Shown: positions 1 to 11,436, counted from the stretch's first letter. The stretch is DNA of 64,000 bases from Cladosporium halotolerans (GCF_011745625.1 NW_027191461.1:372001-436000); one strand, 5' to 3'. Notes: generated by a model from the letters alone, not told the origin. Program-made: numbers and translations.

Positions 1-983
1 GCGTCTCCTGCCACCCCGGGCAGATCCTCAGCCGCCCGGCGTTTGCACACGGTATAGACACACCCAAGACAGACTCATGTATGCATGTCGCAGACGCGCA
101 AAACTTTTCTACCCGCCCGACCAACACCGGCTGCACGCTGCCCCTCCCCCCAGCTTCGCGCATGAATGCAAGCTGCGGCCTTGACGTTAGCCGCAGACGC
201 GCTCCCAGACTCGCACAGCCAATCCAGCGCTCGCAATGCGGACGACACGCTGTCCGACGCGGCTACTGACAGCAGCGCTCCAGCCATCGCCAGTCTGTGC
301 ACACACCGCTCGCATGCCGGCCTGTTGTGTTTGACGCCGCCGACTACCGCCGGACTAACTGCGGGGCCATCAAATATTTTCTCGTCCTATCAGTTGGCGG
401 GGTCTCCGGTGGTATACGTGTGTCTCGACAGACAGCCCCTCCAGCGTGCCAGCGTACACAGGCGGATGGCGGGGCAGGTGAGGTCACACGCGACGGTGGC
501 ACGCAGCCCCACGAGCTCTCCAGCACGGGGAGCGTGCTTTAGCGAGTCTGCCGCCCCTGACTCGCGTCGCTATAGCGCCATGTCAAACCCGAGCTGCCAC
601 CAGATGCGCCATATCTGCCGAGCGATTGGGCCTTCGGCGAGCGGCCTCTGACGCCATGCTCGACGAAACGTGCAAGTCCCTTGGGCGGCGATGACCACGG
701 CTTCGACTTCACCACCACTAACACTGTTCTTGGCGCGACTGCAACCAGATCGTCCAAGCGCTACTGTGTCGTTCGACCGACATGGTTAGCTATGGCATCA
801 TGCTAAAGCGCGGCTTTAAGTCGACATACCGCCTCCAGCCTTGCCGCGCGATCACCAGGCGCTCTTTACAAGGCATCCCTGCGTATTACCACACCGATCT
901 ATGAGGCTCTGTCGACCCTGAACCTACGCTGCGACCAAACCCTAAGGAAGGCAAGGGAGTGAGAAAAATAGTAATATGCCTCA

Positions 984-1010
984 CAGCCAGCCAGCCAGCC
1001 AGCCAGCCAG
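984..1010. repeat. (CAGC)n tetranucleotide microsatellite, ~6.5 units
   Basis: cagccagccagccagccagccagccag read directly. Confidence 0.9.
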
Positions 1011-1847
1011 AGTGGATCTTGATGAGCGCATTCCACCTGCTGTCGATTTCGCGCAAGCCTCTCCTCTCGATGACACTTCCCAGACCTGACAAACAGAAAC
1101 CCGGAGAAATCTCTCGTCGCGCCCTGAAGACGCAGGCTCAGGCCCAACGTGGCCTTCGATGCACGCGTGACACCCCAGGCCGAAGATGCCCGGGGAATGT
1201 CGCGCTGGGTGGGTGTGCGTGTGCGGGTGGTGCTGACTCGTTTGCAGAGAGGTGTGCGCTGCGTGCATGCGCGACCGCTCGGCCATCACCGATCTTGGTG
1301 TGCGGGTTCACTCCGTGGTTGTGCCAACCATTGCGGACAATCGAGCGTTGGCAGATGTCTCTCTGCTCGTTCGCGACGCCACTGTATCGTGGAATTATGT
1401 ACCGCTGTTTGCGTGTGCGCTCTATCGATCGGCAGGCACAGTGCTCACGCAGCTGCGTCTCTACGTGGCTGCTCGGCAACAGTAGAACGCCTTGGTGAAG
1501 AAGAGCTCCTTTGAAGAAGCATCCTGGCATCGCTTGGACACGGAACTTGACCCATTCAGATATAGCCCTGCCTCGCCCGAAGGAAGTCAGACGGTCGGGA
1601 AAGCGCTAATTTGGTAATATCGACGACCTCGAAGCATACTTTCATTATACCAGTACAGACGGCCTCGTTGCTCTGAAGTGCAAACGTGAGCCTCGCTGCG
1701 GAAACCGTCAGGGTAGGAAAACAAGGACAACGGTATTCGCCTCAGATATCAAATACGTTAGCTTCCGGCAATTGATGACTATTCAAGCTGGGTATATCCC
1801 ATATTAACAACTTCTATCAAGTCAAAGTCAACGAACAACCACCAAAC

Positions 1848-3109
1848 TCACGTCGCTCTCTCCGACTTCCTCTCCGCAGCTCTCAACAGACAATCCCGCA
1901 TCCCACCACGCCTCGAATCGACCAACACCGAATCATGGTTCGTCCCCTCACACGTCCTCGTCTCAAAATCCACCCACTCACCCACCCCCTCCTGCCGCCA
2001 ACACTCCTCGAAAAACCCCTGCCCGCCCCTCCCAATCATCGCATCGCTCGCCGCAAAACACCCAAACACCCGCAACCTCGCCCTCCCCCCCGCCTCCTCC
2101 GCTGCGCCCCGCCGCTCCCCCTCCGCAATCGCCCGCACGCAAGCCCCGTAGTCCGCCCCCGCGCCCCAGTCGCCCTCCCCGCCTTTCCGCAAGCACAGCT
2201 TGGCCTCCTCGTTCGGCCCCGTCGTCTCCTCCGCCCGCGCGAACTGGACCGCCAGCGCGCGCACGAGCCGCGCCGTCTCGGCGTCCACGCCGTACTTCTC
2301 CGCCGCGTCTTGCAGCGAGCCGACGGAGGGCTCGCCGCTCTGCTGCTGCCCGAGCAGCGCCGCGGACGACGAGACCAGCCCGCCGGAGAACGCGAGCGCG
2401 GGCGCCAGCCTCGCGTTCACGAACCCTTGCACGCTGGACAGGGAGTCGAGCAGGGACGCCGGCAGCTTGGACGCGAGCGCCATGAGCGTGGCGTTCGAGT
2501 CGGACGTGGAGACCCAGGGCGCTGTAGCGAGGGCGAGGGCCGGGTCAGCGTCGATTGCTCTTAGCCTTTCGGCAGAGAAGGGGAGGGAGAGGACGGACCT
2601 ATGAATCCCACGAACGGCGCGGCGGGGTCGAGGATCGAGCGCTGCCGCGCGAGCGTCGCGAGCGTGTACGGGCCGCCGGCGCTGTGCGTAACGAGGCTGG
2701 CGTGCGGGACGTTCAGCTTTTGTAGTAGAGCCGGCGCGGTCTCGAGCCAGACTTGCATGCGGATGTTGAGGGCGACGGGCGTGGAGCCGCCCATGCCGGG
2801 TCTGGGCGCCGGTCTGGTCAGCGGGAAAAGCACAAAACGAAGTCCTTTGGAAATGCCGTACCGATCAGGACAGATCATCCGCACTCCGCACTCCGCGGCG
2901 AGCTTGTCGAACTCGAGCGTCGTCCAGCGGCCGCCGAACATGGGGCCGATGAACAGGACGGCTGGCAAGGCGGTGTTGTCGAAGTTGCTGGTGGTGCCGA
3001 AGGTTACGCGGAGTCTGGGGTGGTCGGGGGTTGCTGGGAGCCAGAGGCTTTGATGGAGGTGTTTGGCGCATAGTATCGAGATGGCCTTGTCGCGTTGCTG
3101 TTGTGACAT
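1848..3109 (-). CDS. Alpha/beta-hydrolase fold protein; 3 exons (introns 2802-2861 and 2522-2598)
   Basis: Splicing at GT..CAG sites joins the two ORFs and restores the DRPGMGGST and FIAPWV motifs; nucleophile elbow THSAGG; C-terminal GTNHDSV His motif. Confidence 0.85.
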
Positions 3110-3527
3110 TGTGGAGATGTAGAGCTTGGGAGTGTGAATCCTGGTATGATTTGATATGGGTCGTTGAGATCGTTAAAATGCGTTTGGAATGGGAGATTTT
3201 AGATCATAATGTCATTTGTGCATCACAAGGGAAGTTGAGATTATCGGACACGAGTCTTAAGTACATGTTAATTTTAGGTGAGGTGCCTTGCTTATGGTCC
3301 CGCGAAAGCCAATCTTTCAGCTGAAGCGCGAAGGATTCACAAGCTCCACCTGTGGGCTCGTACCCTGCATCCACCCGATGCGGCACTCTTACTGGCCCAC
3401 TCGTTCCTGGATATCCGCAAAGTAAACTTGCATGGTTCTAGACGGGACAATTGTATCTCTTGGATCGGGGAAAAGCTTCTGCTCGTTTATAGGGCACAGC
3501 GCGAGCAGCAGCTGTGATTCTGAAATC

Positions 3528-4667
3528 ATGACTGACCCGGTCATCGACAACGACGCGACCAGGAGGATAATCGACGCGGACTTCACTACGGCTCTACCAA
3601 AGACGGAACTCCACGCTCATCTATCAGGAAGCATATCGAGGGAAACTCTCAGCAGCATCTGGCAGACCAAAAAGTCCCAAGGCGACGATGGCGCTTTGGC
3701 ATTGGGAGATCCCGCAATCGCTCTGAAACCATCCGGCTCCTTCCCAACTATATTGTCTTTCTTCCAGATCTTCAACGAGTACATATACAACCTCGTGAAC
3801 GACCGAGAGAGCATATCTTATGCGACCAAATCCATCGCCGAGGATTTCCGCCGAGATGGAGTCAGATATCTCGAGCTGCGAACCACGCCGAGAGAGATCC
3901 CCACGGCCGGGATATCTAGGGAAAACTATGTACAGATCGTCCTAGATGCTCTGGGACAATACCGGAACGACCAAGTTCAGATGAAGGCTGCAGACCATAT
4001 CGGGATCCAGCTCATCCTGTCCATCGACCGAACCATGACACCCTCTCAAGCGCACGAAATCGTAGACATCGCGTCCAAATACATGTCTCGATCCAGGGCC
4101 CCATCCACAACAATCCCTCCTCCCTCAGTCATAGCCCTCGACCTCTGCGGCAACCCAACCAAAGGCGACGTCGGCACATTCACGTCAGCTTTCCGGCGCG
4201 CCAAAGCCTTCGGCCTGAAGCTCACCGTCCACTTCGCCGAAGTGCCAGCCTCGAGCACCGAGGAAGAACTGCGAACTCTTCTCTCGTGGCGGCCAGATCG
4301 CCTGGGCCACGCTATCCACATCCCTCCAGATTTGAAAGACGTAATCAAAAAGCAGAAGTTGGGATTAGAGCTATGCTTGTCGTGCAACGTGCTGGCCGAG
4401 ATGACCCAGGGCGGCTTCAAAGGGCATCATTTCGGCGAGTGGGCTGCGACAGAGTGTCCTGTTGCTTTGAGTACGGACGATGTGGGTGTTTTCGAGAGTA
4501 GCTTGTCGAATGAGTACTTGATCGCGTCGCGGGAGTTTGGACTTGGTAGGGAGGAGGTGGTACAGCTGGCGAGGGGGGCTGTGGCAGCTGCTTTTGCTGG
4601 GCGGGAGAGGATGGAGAGGTTGATTGGTGACTTCGAGCGCGTTGAGCAAATACCATCGTCTTTGTAA
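3528..4667 (+). CDS. Adenosine deaminase-like protein (ADAL/MAPDA-type metallo-amidohydrolase)
   Basis: LPKTELHAHLSGS, GVRYLELRTTP, LDLCGNP, TVHFAE, DRLGHA, ELCLSCN and STDDVGVF motifs; start placed at ATG 3528 (ATCATGA), though ATG 3432 is also in frame. Confidence 0.9.
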   Translation: MTDPVIDNDATRRIIDADFTTALPKTELHAHLSGSISRETLSSIWQTKKSQGDDGALALGDPAIALKPSGSFPTILSFFQIFNEYIYNLVNDRESISYATKSIAEDFRRDGVRYLELRTTPREIPTAGISRENYVQIVLDALGQYRNDQVQMKAADHIGIQLILSIDRTMTPSQAHEIVDIASKYMSRSRAPSTTIPPPSVIALDLCGNPTKGDVGTFTSAFRRAKAFGLKLTVHFAEVPASSTEEELRTLLSWRPDRLGHAIHIPPDLKDVIKKQKLGLELCLSCNVLAEMTQGGFKGHHFGEWAATECPVALSTDDVGVFESSLSNEYLIASREFGLGREEVVQLARGAVAAAFAGRERMERLIGDFERVEQIPSSL

Positions 4668-4973
4668 ATTCACGACGAGCGCGTCGTGGTCATGTGCTGA
4701 GAATATGTACTTGTACAGATATGATACAGGCCGATGTAGCTCGCGCACTGCAGGAGCCACCATCTGTGTCCTCTGTCCCTCCTTGTTGATCAGCGCATCC
4801 TCTTCCATTCTCTCAGGTAGCCCTTCGAACAACAATGTACAGATATCTTTCGGTCGAGCCAGAGAGAGCGTCGTTAGCCCTCAGCAGTCGCCGTAGCCAG
4901 GCCCAGCCCAAGGTGTGCATCCTCACCATGCCATCATATCTTTCAATCCCAAACCATCTTCCCCCCCACCCCC

Positions 4974-5633
4974 TCAAACAACATCCACCGCCCCCTTCTC
5001 CCTCCCCTGCTCCCTCGCCAACCCCAGCACGCCCTCGCCCCCCAACTTCGCAACAACCCCCTCCTTCAACCCCAGCCTCCGCTCAATCTCCCTCTCCCCC
5101 CTCCCCTTAACATCCCTCTCGAAAACCACCTGCCGCAAATCAAACACGTCCAGAAACTCCTTCCCCACAAACCCCCGCCCCTGCTTCGCCCTCGCCTCCT
5201 GCTCCGCCTCCGCCTTCCGCTGCAGCTCCGCGCGCGCCTCCAGCACCGCGATGGCGGGGTTCTTGCGCGGGTCCGGCGCGCCAGCGCGGCCAGCACCGCG
5301 CTGGCCGAACGCCGACGACGGCGAGAGAGTCGGGTTGGGCTGCACGGGGCCCAGGGAGCGCAGGGAGCGCGCGAAGTCCGGGTCCGAGGCGTCGAGGTTG
5401 ATGGCTTCGGAGCGGGCGGGGGCGGCGCGCGGCTGCGGTCGCACGGTCGGGCCGGCGGCGTGGTCTTGCGCGGGAGGGGGCTGGGGCGGTGCGTTGGTTG
5501 TTTTGGGGGGTGCTGGGGCGGTTGTTGTTGTGGTGGTGCTGGGCGGTGGTGGGCGCGGGCCTTTGGGGCCTTTGGGGTATTGGCGGGCGGCGCTGCCGGC
5601 GGCGCGCGAGGCTTTGGATCCGGAGGCGCCCAT
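4974..5633 (-). CDS. Conserved fungal hypothetical protein, Pro-rich N-terminus and helix-turn-helix-like C-terminus
   Basis: 219-aa ORF starting MGASGSK (myristoylation-like); C-terminal EIERRLGLKEGVVAKLG resembles an HTH. Confidence 0.75.
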   Translation of the reverse strand: MGASGSKASRAAGSAARQYPKGPKGPRPPPPSTTTTTTAPAPPKTTNAPPQPPPAQDHAAGPTVRPQPRAAPARSEAINLDASDPDFARSLRSLGPVQPNPTLSPSSAFGQRGAGRAGAPDPRKNPAIAVLEARAELQRKAEAEQEARAKQGRGFVGKEFLDVFDLRQVVFERDVKGRGEREIERRLGLKEGVVAKLGGEGVLGLAREQGREKGAVDVV

Positions 5634-6066
5634 GGTTTGTGTTATTTTTTGGTTTCTCCGGGTGACAGGAAGAATGCGTTGAGGATTGAGAAGGATTGTG
5701 TATTGTTGGTGTATGGGTGATCAATGACGATGGCGCATTGGACCTCGAGCTCTCCAAAAAGTTCCGGGGATTCATGAAGTCATCTCGAATCAGGGCCTCG
5801 GCTTGCGCTGGAGATCTCGAAGCCATGCATTTCATCAGGCCTACGACTTCGAAAAGTATTGCAAGTACCAGCGAATTCTTAATCGAATAGACGACCAGCT
5901 GACTGCATTTACATCGTAAACACTCCACTCTCCGCAGCAAACGAAAGCTCACGTCTGAGATTCTAATGACTTGCTTTTCATTCTAGCAGAGCGATATCCG
6001 CCTCTCATACCTCCATATGATCAATCATTACCCCCAAAGCCAACCCCCATCTTTCCCACATCTACC

Positions 6067-9000
6067 CTACGCGATCCCCAACCCAACCCTCGCCCCTTCG
6101 CCCATCCCCTCACTCCTCCCTCTCTCCCTCATCCTCCTCCCCTCCATCAACCCCCTCAAACCCCTCTTCTGCAACCCAACAACAGCGCTCAACGCGCCCG
6201 TCCAAACCTCCTTCCCCCTATCCCCTCTGCCCGTCAGACTCCTCGCGCTCAGGCTCGTCTCGCTCTCACTCATGCTCGTATCCGTCGCGGCGCTGCCGGG
6301 CAAGTCCTCCTCGTCCGTCTCCTCCGCGAGCGACTGGCCCGGGCGCAGGGTGTTGCGGGTGTTGCGGCCGTTGGCCATGTCGGTGTCGATGCGCAGGTTC
6401 GCGCTGGAGCGGCCGAAGCCGTTGGCCGTCAGGCTGTCGGCGTTGGCCAGGCTGGCGGTGCGCAGCGGGATGACGCTCTCCCTGGCGCGGCCGTTGGGTG
6501 ACTCGAATTGCACGCCGTCACCGCCGCCGGCGCCCATGGCGGCTGCGTTGAAAATCGCGGCGGCGTTGCGGCCGTCGAGGGATTCGTGGAGGCGCTGGAC
6601 GACTGCTTCTAGGAGGCCGTCGATTTTGTAAGGACGTGCGAGTTGGAGTAAAGAGCAGTAGATTTGAGGTGTAGCCAGCGAGGATGGCGGTGAGGGCAGC
6701 GTTCCAGTGTAAAGATAATGCAGCATTGCTTGCAGTGTTGGGGCGGTGTGCGGCAAGTAGAGTAGTCTTGGCCGTGAAGGCGGCGGTACCACGCGGACGT
6801 CGGGGACGTCGTCGCCACTGTTGTTGGTGGCGTTTGCGTTGTTAGATCCTGACGCAGCCGCCGGAGTGATGGTCAAGTTCGAATGGCGTTGTGCGTGACC
6901 AGAATGTCCAGCACGCAATGTCGACGTATCAGTATCAGTCGACATACCCACCAGGGATTCCCGCAGCAAGTGTGTGAAATATGGTCCCCATCTCCTTGCG
7001 ATCAGCCGAGAGTTAACTGCTATGCGGGTACCATCGATCGCCAAGAAATCCATATCCGCCATCTCTCGCAAAGACATGGACTGTACGCCCAGCGCCTCAG
7101 CGGCGTAAGGAAGGTGACGTCCGGCAAGAGACATCTCGTTTGGTATCTGCGGTGCAGGTGCGCTGCAGGAAACGTACGAAGAGCTTGGCTCCACAGTCCT
7201 CGGGTTGTCATAAAGACCAAACGACTCCAGCTCCACAAGGCAAATGTTTGAAAAGTTGATGCGGCGATTGTTGTAGTCATCAACAAGGCTACGCTTCCTG
7301 TTGCCAAGGATAACGAAGGAGTTTCGTCGGCTCCAAAGCACACCTCTATTCCAGCTTCCTTGGCTAAAAATGCTGCCACTGGCGTCGATTCGGCTCCACG
7401 ATAATGTGCGCAGGTCGAGCGCCCACAGCGCGTACTCCTGCTTAGAGGAGGTCAAGAAAGTGCCAGAGACAACAAAGTGATTGTCAATGACACCGCCGTT
7501 AGGGAATCGAAGACCTGGAGGTGAGATCTCAGTTCGCATAGGCTTTTCAGTAAGAGTTCCGTCAGTCAGCCTCACTTGCAGCTCAAGCTTGACGTCTAGG
7601 AAGTTGTAGTTCGAATAAATGAGCATGGGAGCTCCCGATCCGATTGGTGCTGCGTCGGTCTCGTCATCATCAGCATCGTCGCCGTGAGGTCCGGCGCCGA
7701 TCTGTTCCGCAGTCATTGTCGTGAGTGGGGCTACCACGCTACGATATGCACCACAGCTCCTTCCCATGCCGGTCGTGCCGGTCCACTTTAAGCTGCGCAA
7801 GTTGAAAATGCTAATCTGCTCAATATAGTGATTTGCACTGTCCTGACCGCCAACCACGATCATCTCTGCTCCACCCGTCCCGTCGATCGAAACGCCAAGA
7901 GTGCCGGAGTTGGGGTTGCTACCAGGCGCGTTGTGGTGCACAGCGGCCAAAGGTGCATTAGACGAGCTGAACACAGCGGACGAGGGCAAGATGGCAGTGC
8001 AGTGAGCGTAGCGACCTTGAGGCGCGTCTGTAGTCGCAACCTTCATCCAGGTACGGGTGGGCGCGTCGTAGATGTGGATATCAGACATCACAACGACCTC
8101 TGATTGTCCGTCTCCGGCGATATCAACACCTGGCGCAGGAGACATACCGCCGTAACAGACAAGCTTCGTGTCGCCTAATGCACACACACTGTGGAAGTAT
8201 CGGGGAGGCGGGATATCGCCCTTAGTCTCCAGCTTGGTCCAGTGTCGCCGGATTAGATCCAGCTCATATAGACTTGATGTCAACTGAGGCTTGGCCCGAG
8301 ATAGTCGTCTGCCACCAAAGACATAAAGCTTGTCACCAAGAATGGTGGTTGTGGCTCCAACCAGAGGGTGAGGCTCTCTGCCGGTGGTTCGGTGCACATT
8401 GCACACGAGGCCAGACAAGTTGGAGTTGGATGCAGGTGTTTGGGTCGGTGGTGTGTGGTGCATTCCTGGCATTGGTCCAGACAAGGAATGGCCAGGCGTA
8501 TGTGAAGGTCGCCGCGATTCGTCATGCGTCGATTCAGCTTCTGAAGCAGATTCATACTCTGCCCTCATGCCGACGAGGCTGGACTGGCTGCTGTGGGCGC
8601 TGGAAAGGTAGGCATTGGAGCCTTTGCTCGAAAGACTGTTGTATTGCCCGGTGGGCGAGGGCTCGGATTGATGAGTGTCCATGGTGTTGGTTCCGCTAAT
8701 CGCGGGTGAAGGAAATGATACGTCTGGCGGTGACAAAGATCCAACGTCTGCAAAGGTGTCGCCGAAAGTAGATTTTGCCAAACTCAAACGAGGAGGAATA
8801 TTCGGCCGTTTGATGACAGGCTGCGCCCAGTCTGGGATCTTTATCTCAACATGCCTTGGCCGTTCCCGGACAGAGTCAACAGAGGTATCACGGACAGTCA
8901 CCCCGTAGCCGCCAAAGTCAGTTAAAGCTGCCTGTGGTGAGCCAGGGTACGAGGATGCGAATGTGGAGAAAGGACCGTTTTGGGTTTCGTTGCCAGGACT

Positions 9001-9381
9001 CTGTCTACCAAAGGACCGGTAGTCGGGAATCACGATCGGGATATGTTTCGGCCGTGAAGTGCTCTTCCCACGTGGAGAAGTAGGTGGTAATTCGAATATT
9101 TCAGAAGGTGAGCAAGGTGACGGCACGGCTGACGGTGATACAGCTTCGTCTGCCTCGTGAGGCGGGGTTTGGGTCGTCAAAAGTGGTTCGTCGTTAGCAC
9201 GCTTCCTTGCCGCGAAGGGCTTGACCTTCTTTGTGAGCCTTGGCTTCTTGGGCGACTTGCGATCCGCAGCAGCTTCAGGTTTCTTTGGATTCTGAGTTTC
9301 ACCCGAGCTCCTGAAGCTCAACCGGGAGAACTGGGTGTTGAGACGAGGGCTGTGGGCCGGGACACCTAGAGGAAACGCCAT
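6067..9381 (-). CDS. ral2: Kelch-repeat/BTB regulatory protein, Ral2/Mds3/Pmd1-like; alternative start at 8682
   Basis: 1104-aa ORF; kelch repeats (LYVFGG, PPPRYFHS, LVCYGG, PQGRYAH, IVVGG); BTB-like region (LIARRWGPYF...LHYLYTG...LARPYKIDGLL). Confidence 0.85.
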   Translation of the reverse strand: MAFPLGVPAHSPRLNTQFSRLSFRSSGETQNPKKPEAAADRKSPKKPRLTKKVKPFAARKRANDEPLLTTQTPPHEADEAVSPSAVPSPCSPSEIFELPPTSPRGKSTSRPKHIPIVIPDYRSFGRQSPGNETQNGPFSTFASSYPGSPQAALTDFGGYGVTVRDTSVDSVRERPRHVEIKIPDWAQPVIKRPNIPPRLSLAKSTFGDTFADVGSLSPPDVSFPSPAISGTNTMDTHQSEPSPTGQYNSLSSKGSNAYLSSAHSSQSSLVGMRAEYESASEAESTHDESRRPSHTPGHSLSGPMPGMHHTPPTQTPASNSNLSGLVCNVHRTTGREPHPLVGATTTILGDKLYVFGGRRLSRAKPQLTSSLYELDLIRRHWTKLETKGDIPPPRYFHSVCALGDTKLVCYGGMSPAPGVDIAGDGQSEVVVMSDIHIYDAPTRTWMKVATTDAPQGRYAHCTAILPSSAVFSSSNAPLAAVHHNAPGSNPNSGTLGVSIDGTGGAEMIVVGGQDSANHYIEQISIFNLRSLKWTGTTGMGRSCGAYRSVVAPLTTMTAEQIGAGPHGDDADDDETDAAPIGSGAPMLIYSNYNFLDVKLELQVRLTDGTLTEKPMRTEISPPGLRFPNGGVIDNHFVVSGTFLTSSKQEYALWALDLRTLSWSRIDASGSIFSQGSWNRGVLWSRRNSFVILGNRKRSLVDDYNNRRINFSNICLVELESFGLYDNPRTVEPSSSYVSCSAPAPQIPNEMSLAGRHLPYAAEALGVQSMSLREMADMDFLAIDGTRIAVNSRLIARRWGPYFTHLLRESLVGMSTDTDTSTLRAGHSGHAQRHSNLTITPAAASGSNNANATNNSGDDVPDVRVVPPPSRPRLLYLPHTAPTLQAMLHYLYTGTLPSPPSSLATPQIYCSLLQLARPYKIDGLLEAVVQRLHESLDGRNAAAIFNAAAMGAGGGDGVQFESPNGRARESVIPLRTASLANADSLTANGFGRSSANLRIDTDMANGRNTRNTLRPGQSLAEETDEEDLPGSAATDTSMSESETSLSARSLTGRGDRGKEVWTGALSAVVGLQKRGLRGLMEGRRMRERGRSEGMGEGARVGLGIA

Positions 9382-10595
9382 CTTCGGTCAGCAAGAAAGC
9401 CTATCTGTCGGGTCATAGTAATAATAATAATATTTTGTAGCGATAGGGCCCCAAGGCATAAGAGCAGATCAGTGGGAAGGGATGCAGGCCTGGGGAAGCG
9501 AACGGCGGACGGGCTAACTTTTGGGTCGAAGCAGGTATTTGGCAATGGCTCGTGGGCATGCACTCGCGGGCTTGGAGCCAGGATGCGTCGCCGCTGGCGA
9601 TATTGGGTTTCGGATGGCAGCACGCCTGGCGCGAGCACAGATGTCGGACCGGGAGGCTGAGCTGGAGTTGGAGTCGACGTCTGTCAGACGGATGCAGCTG
9701 CCCTGCCGTGACCAGACCGCCGGGGCGTGGGCGAGTGCGCGGTGCAGCGCGGCAGGGCCTCCGGGGCCGACGGAGGCAACTTATAGGAAATAGAACGCCA
9801 CATATAGAGAGACCTTACCTTAGGCAGCGGTGTCCGAGGGCAGAGGCAAGGATGGGCGGGTTTGGAGGGGAGTGTCGGGTCCGCAGCGGAGCAATATGGG
9901 AGAGGGTGGTGGAGGCGGCGTGGGCAGGCAAAGGGTGAAGTGCTCGCGGCCACGGCACCTGCCAGGCAGAGCAGCGAGGCAGCGAGGCAGCCCAGCGGCG
10001 TGTCTGCGAGTTCTGCCTCTGAATTCGTGGCCGGGGATGCTCGCCAAGCCAGCTCGCCTGCGAGGACGATCCCTCAGCCTGATTGGCGCCGCCGGCCGTC
10101 TGCGCGCGCCCGCGCATTCTTGTGAGCATACAACACTGGCATGGCAACCCGGTTACCGAATTCCTTGACTTTCTGCGAGCAACCGCCATAGCAGGAATAG
10201 CAGGCGACGGAGGCGTGCAGCCGGTCTGAACCGTGCAGTAGCGTGCGGGCGGCCAGGTGTGTCATGTTTGGCGGTAGCCGTTTGACCCTGCGTGCACGAG
10301 CTGCCCTACATGCACGATGAGCGCGCAGAGCTTCGAGGCTGAAATGATTGCACGCGGACTCTGCCAAAAAGGTTTCAAGCGGCGTCGCGGAAACATCTGG
10401 TCGTCATTGACAAACATTGCTAATTGTGGAACAGTTCACATCTGGTTGGGTGGCATTGTATTAAATTGCTTCGATTTCTCATTTTTATCGTGTCCAAACG
10501 CTTCGCTCATAACTTTCATCTCAGTATCCTGAGTCCGTGACCGGGCGACCCCATTCGGCCTCCCAGGTCTCGCGGAAAATCATATTTTTCCAAAG

Positions 10596-11397
10596 TCAAG
10601 CGGACGCGGAGGTCTGGTCCTTGGGGAGAGGGGTGAAGCGCAGGTAGGGCTTGACGATGGTCATCTTGGGGAAGAGCTTCTCGGCCTCCTCGCCCTTGAC
10701 GGAGGGGTGGACAATCACGTCGTCACCTGCGCGCGTTTGTCAGCCTAGCCCAAATGTCAAACACAGTCTCTGCAATGACTCACCAGGAACCCAGTTGATC
10801 GGGGTGGTGACACGGTGCTTGTCGCCGGTCTGGAGAGAGTCGACAATGCGGAGGACCTCAGCAGTGTTACGGCCAGTGCTGGCGGGGTAGGAGAGGATGG
10901 TGCGGATGGTCTTCTTGGGGTCGATGACGAAGACGGAGCGGATGGTGAAAGCAATGCCCTTCGAGTCGACGTTGGTGGCGTCCTGGTGGTCAATCCTAAC
11001 CACAATAATCAGCCTGCTTCCTCTCCATGCTCTCACTTGGTTTATCCACTCACATGTCGTAGGCAAGAGCGACCTTCCTCTCCTTGTCACCAATGATGGG
11101 GAAGCGCAGCTTGGAGCCGGAGATCTCATCGATGTCCTTGACCCAGCCGCCGTGGCTCTCAACAGTGTTCGCGGAGAGACCGATGAGCTTGGTGTTCCTC
11201 TTGGTGAACTCAGGCTCGAGCTTGGCGAAGGCACCGAGCTCGGTGGTGCAGACGGGAGTGTAGTCCTCGGGGTGGGAGAAGAGGACGACCCAGTTGTCGC
11301 CAATGAACTCGTGGAAGTCGATGGGGCCACCGGTGGTCTCGGCCTGGAAGTTAGGCGCGACGGTGCCGAGGCGGAGCGGCTCAGGACGACCAGACAT
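10596..11397 (-). CDS. PRX1: 1-Cys peroxiredoxin (Prx6/PRX1 class); 3 coding exons (introns 10996-11053 and 10727-10783)
   Basis: FSHPEDYTPVCTTE active-site motif, YPASTGRN, C-terminal KPYLRFT; GTGAGT..AG introns restore the frame; TGA at 10596-10598. Confidence 0.95.
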
Positions 11398-11436
11398 TGT
11401 GGTGTTCTGTGAGATTTGTGAGAGGTTGGCGGGGTA

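Noticed and set aside
370..1620. Possible telomerase RNA: AACCCTAA at 938-945, complementary TATTTTCTC (375) / GAGAAAAATA (961), AATTTG-GTAATA near 1607
   Set aside because: An 8-mer match is expected by chance, the element order does not fit template-then-pseudoknot, and the Sm-like site has too few U; an Infernal search would be needed
1..1800. Several 60-180 aa ORFs
   Set aside because: Overlapping in multiple frames, no motifs or codon bias; probably intergenic or UTR
10430..10598. Stop-codon readthrough giving a peroxisomal peroxiredoxin
   Set aside because: Context is TGA CTT rather than TGA CTA, and the extension does not end in a PTS1
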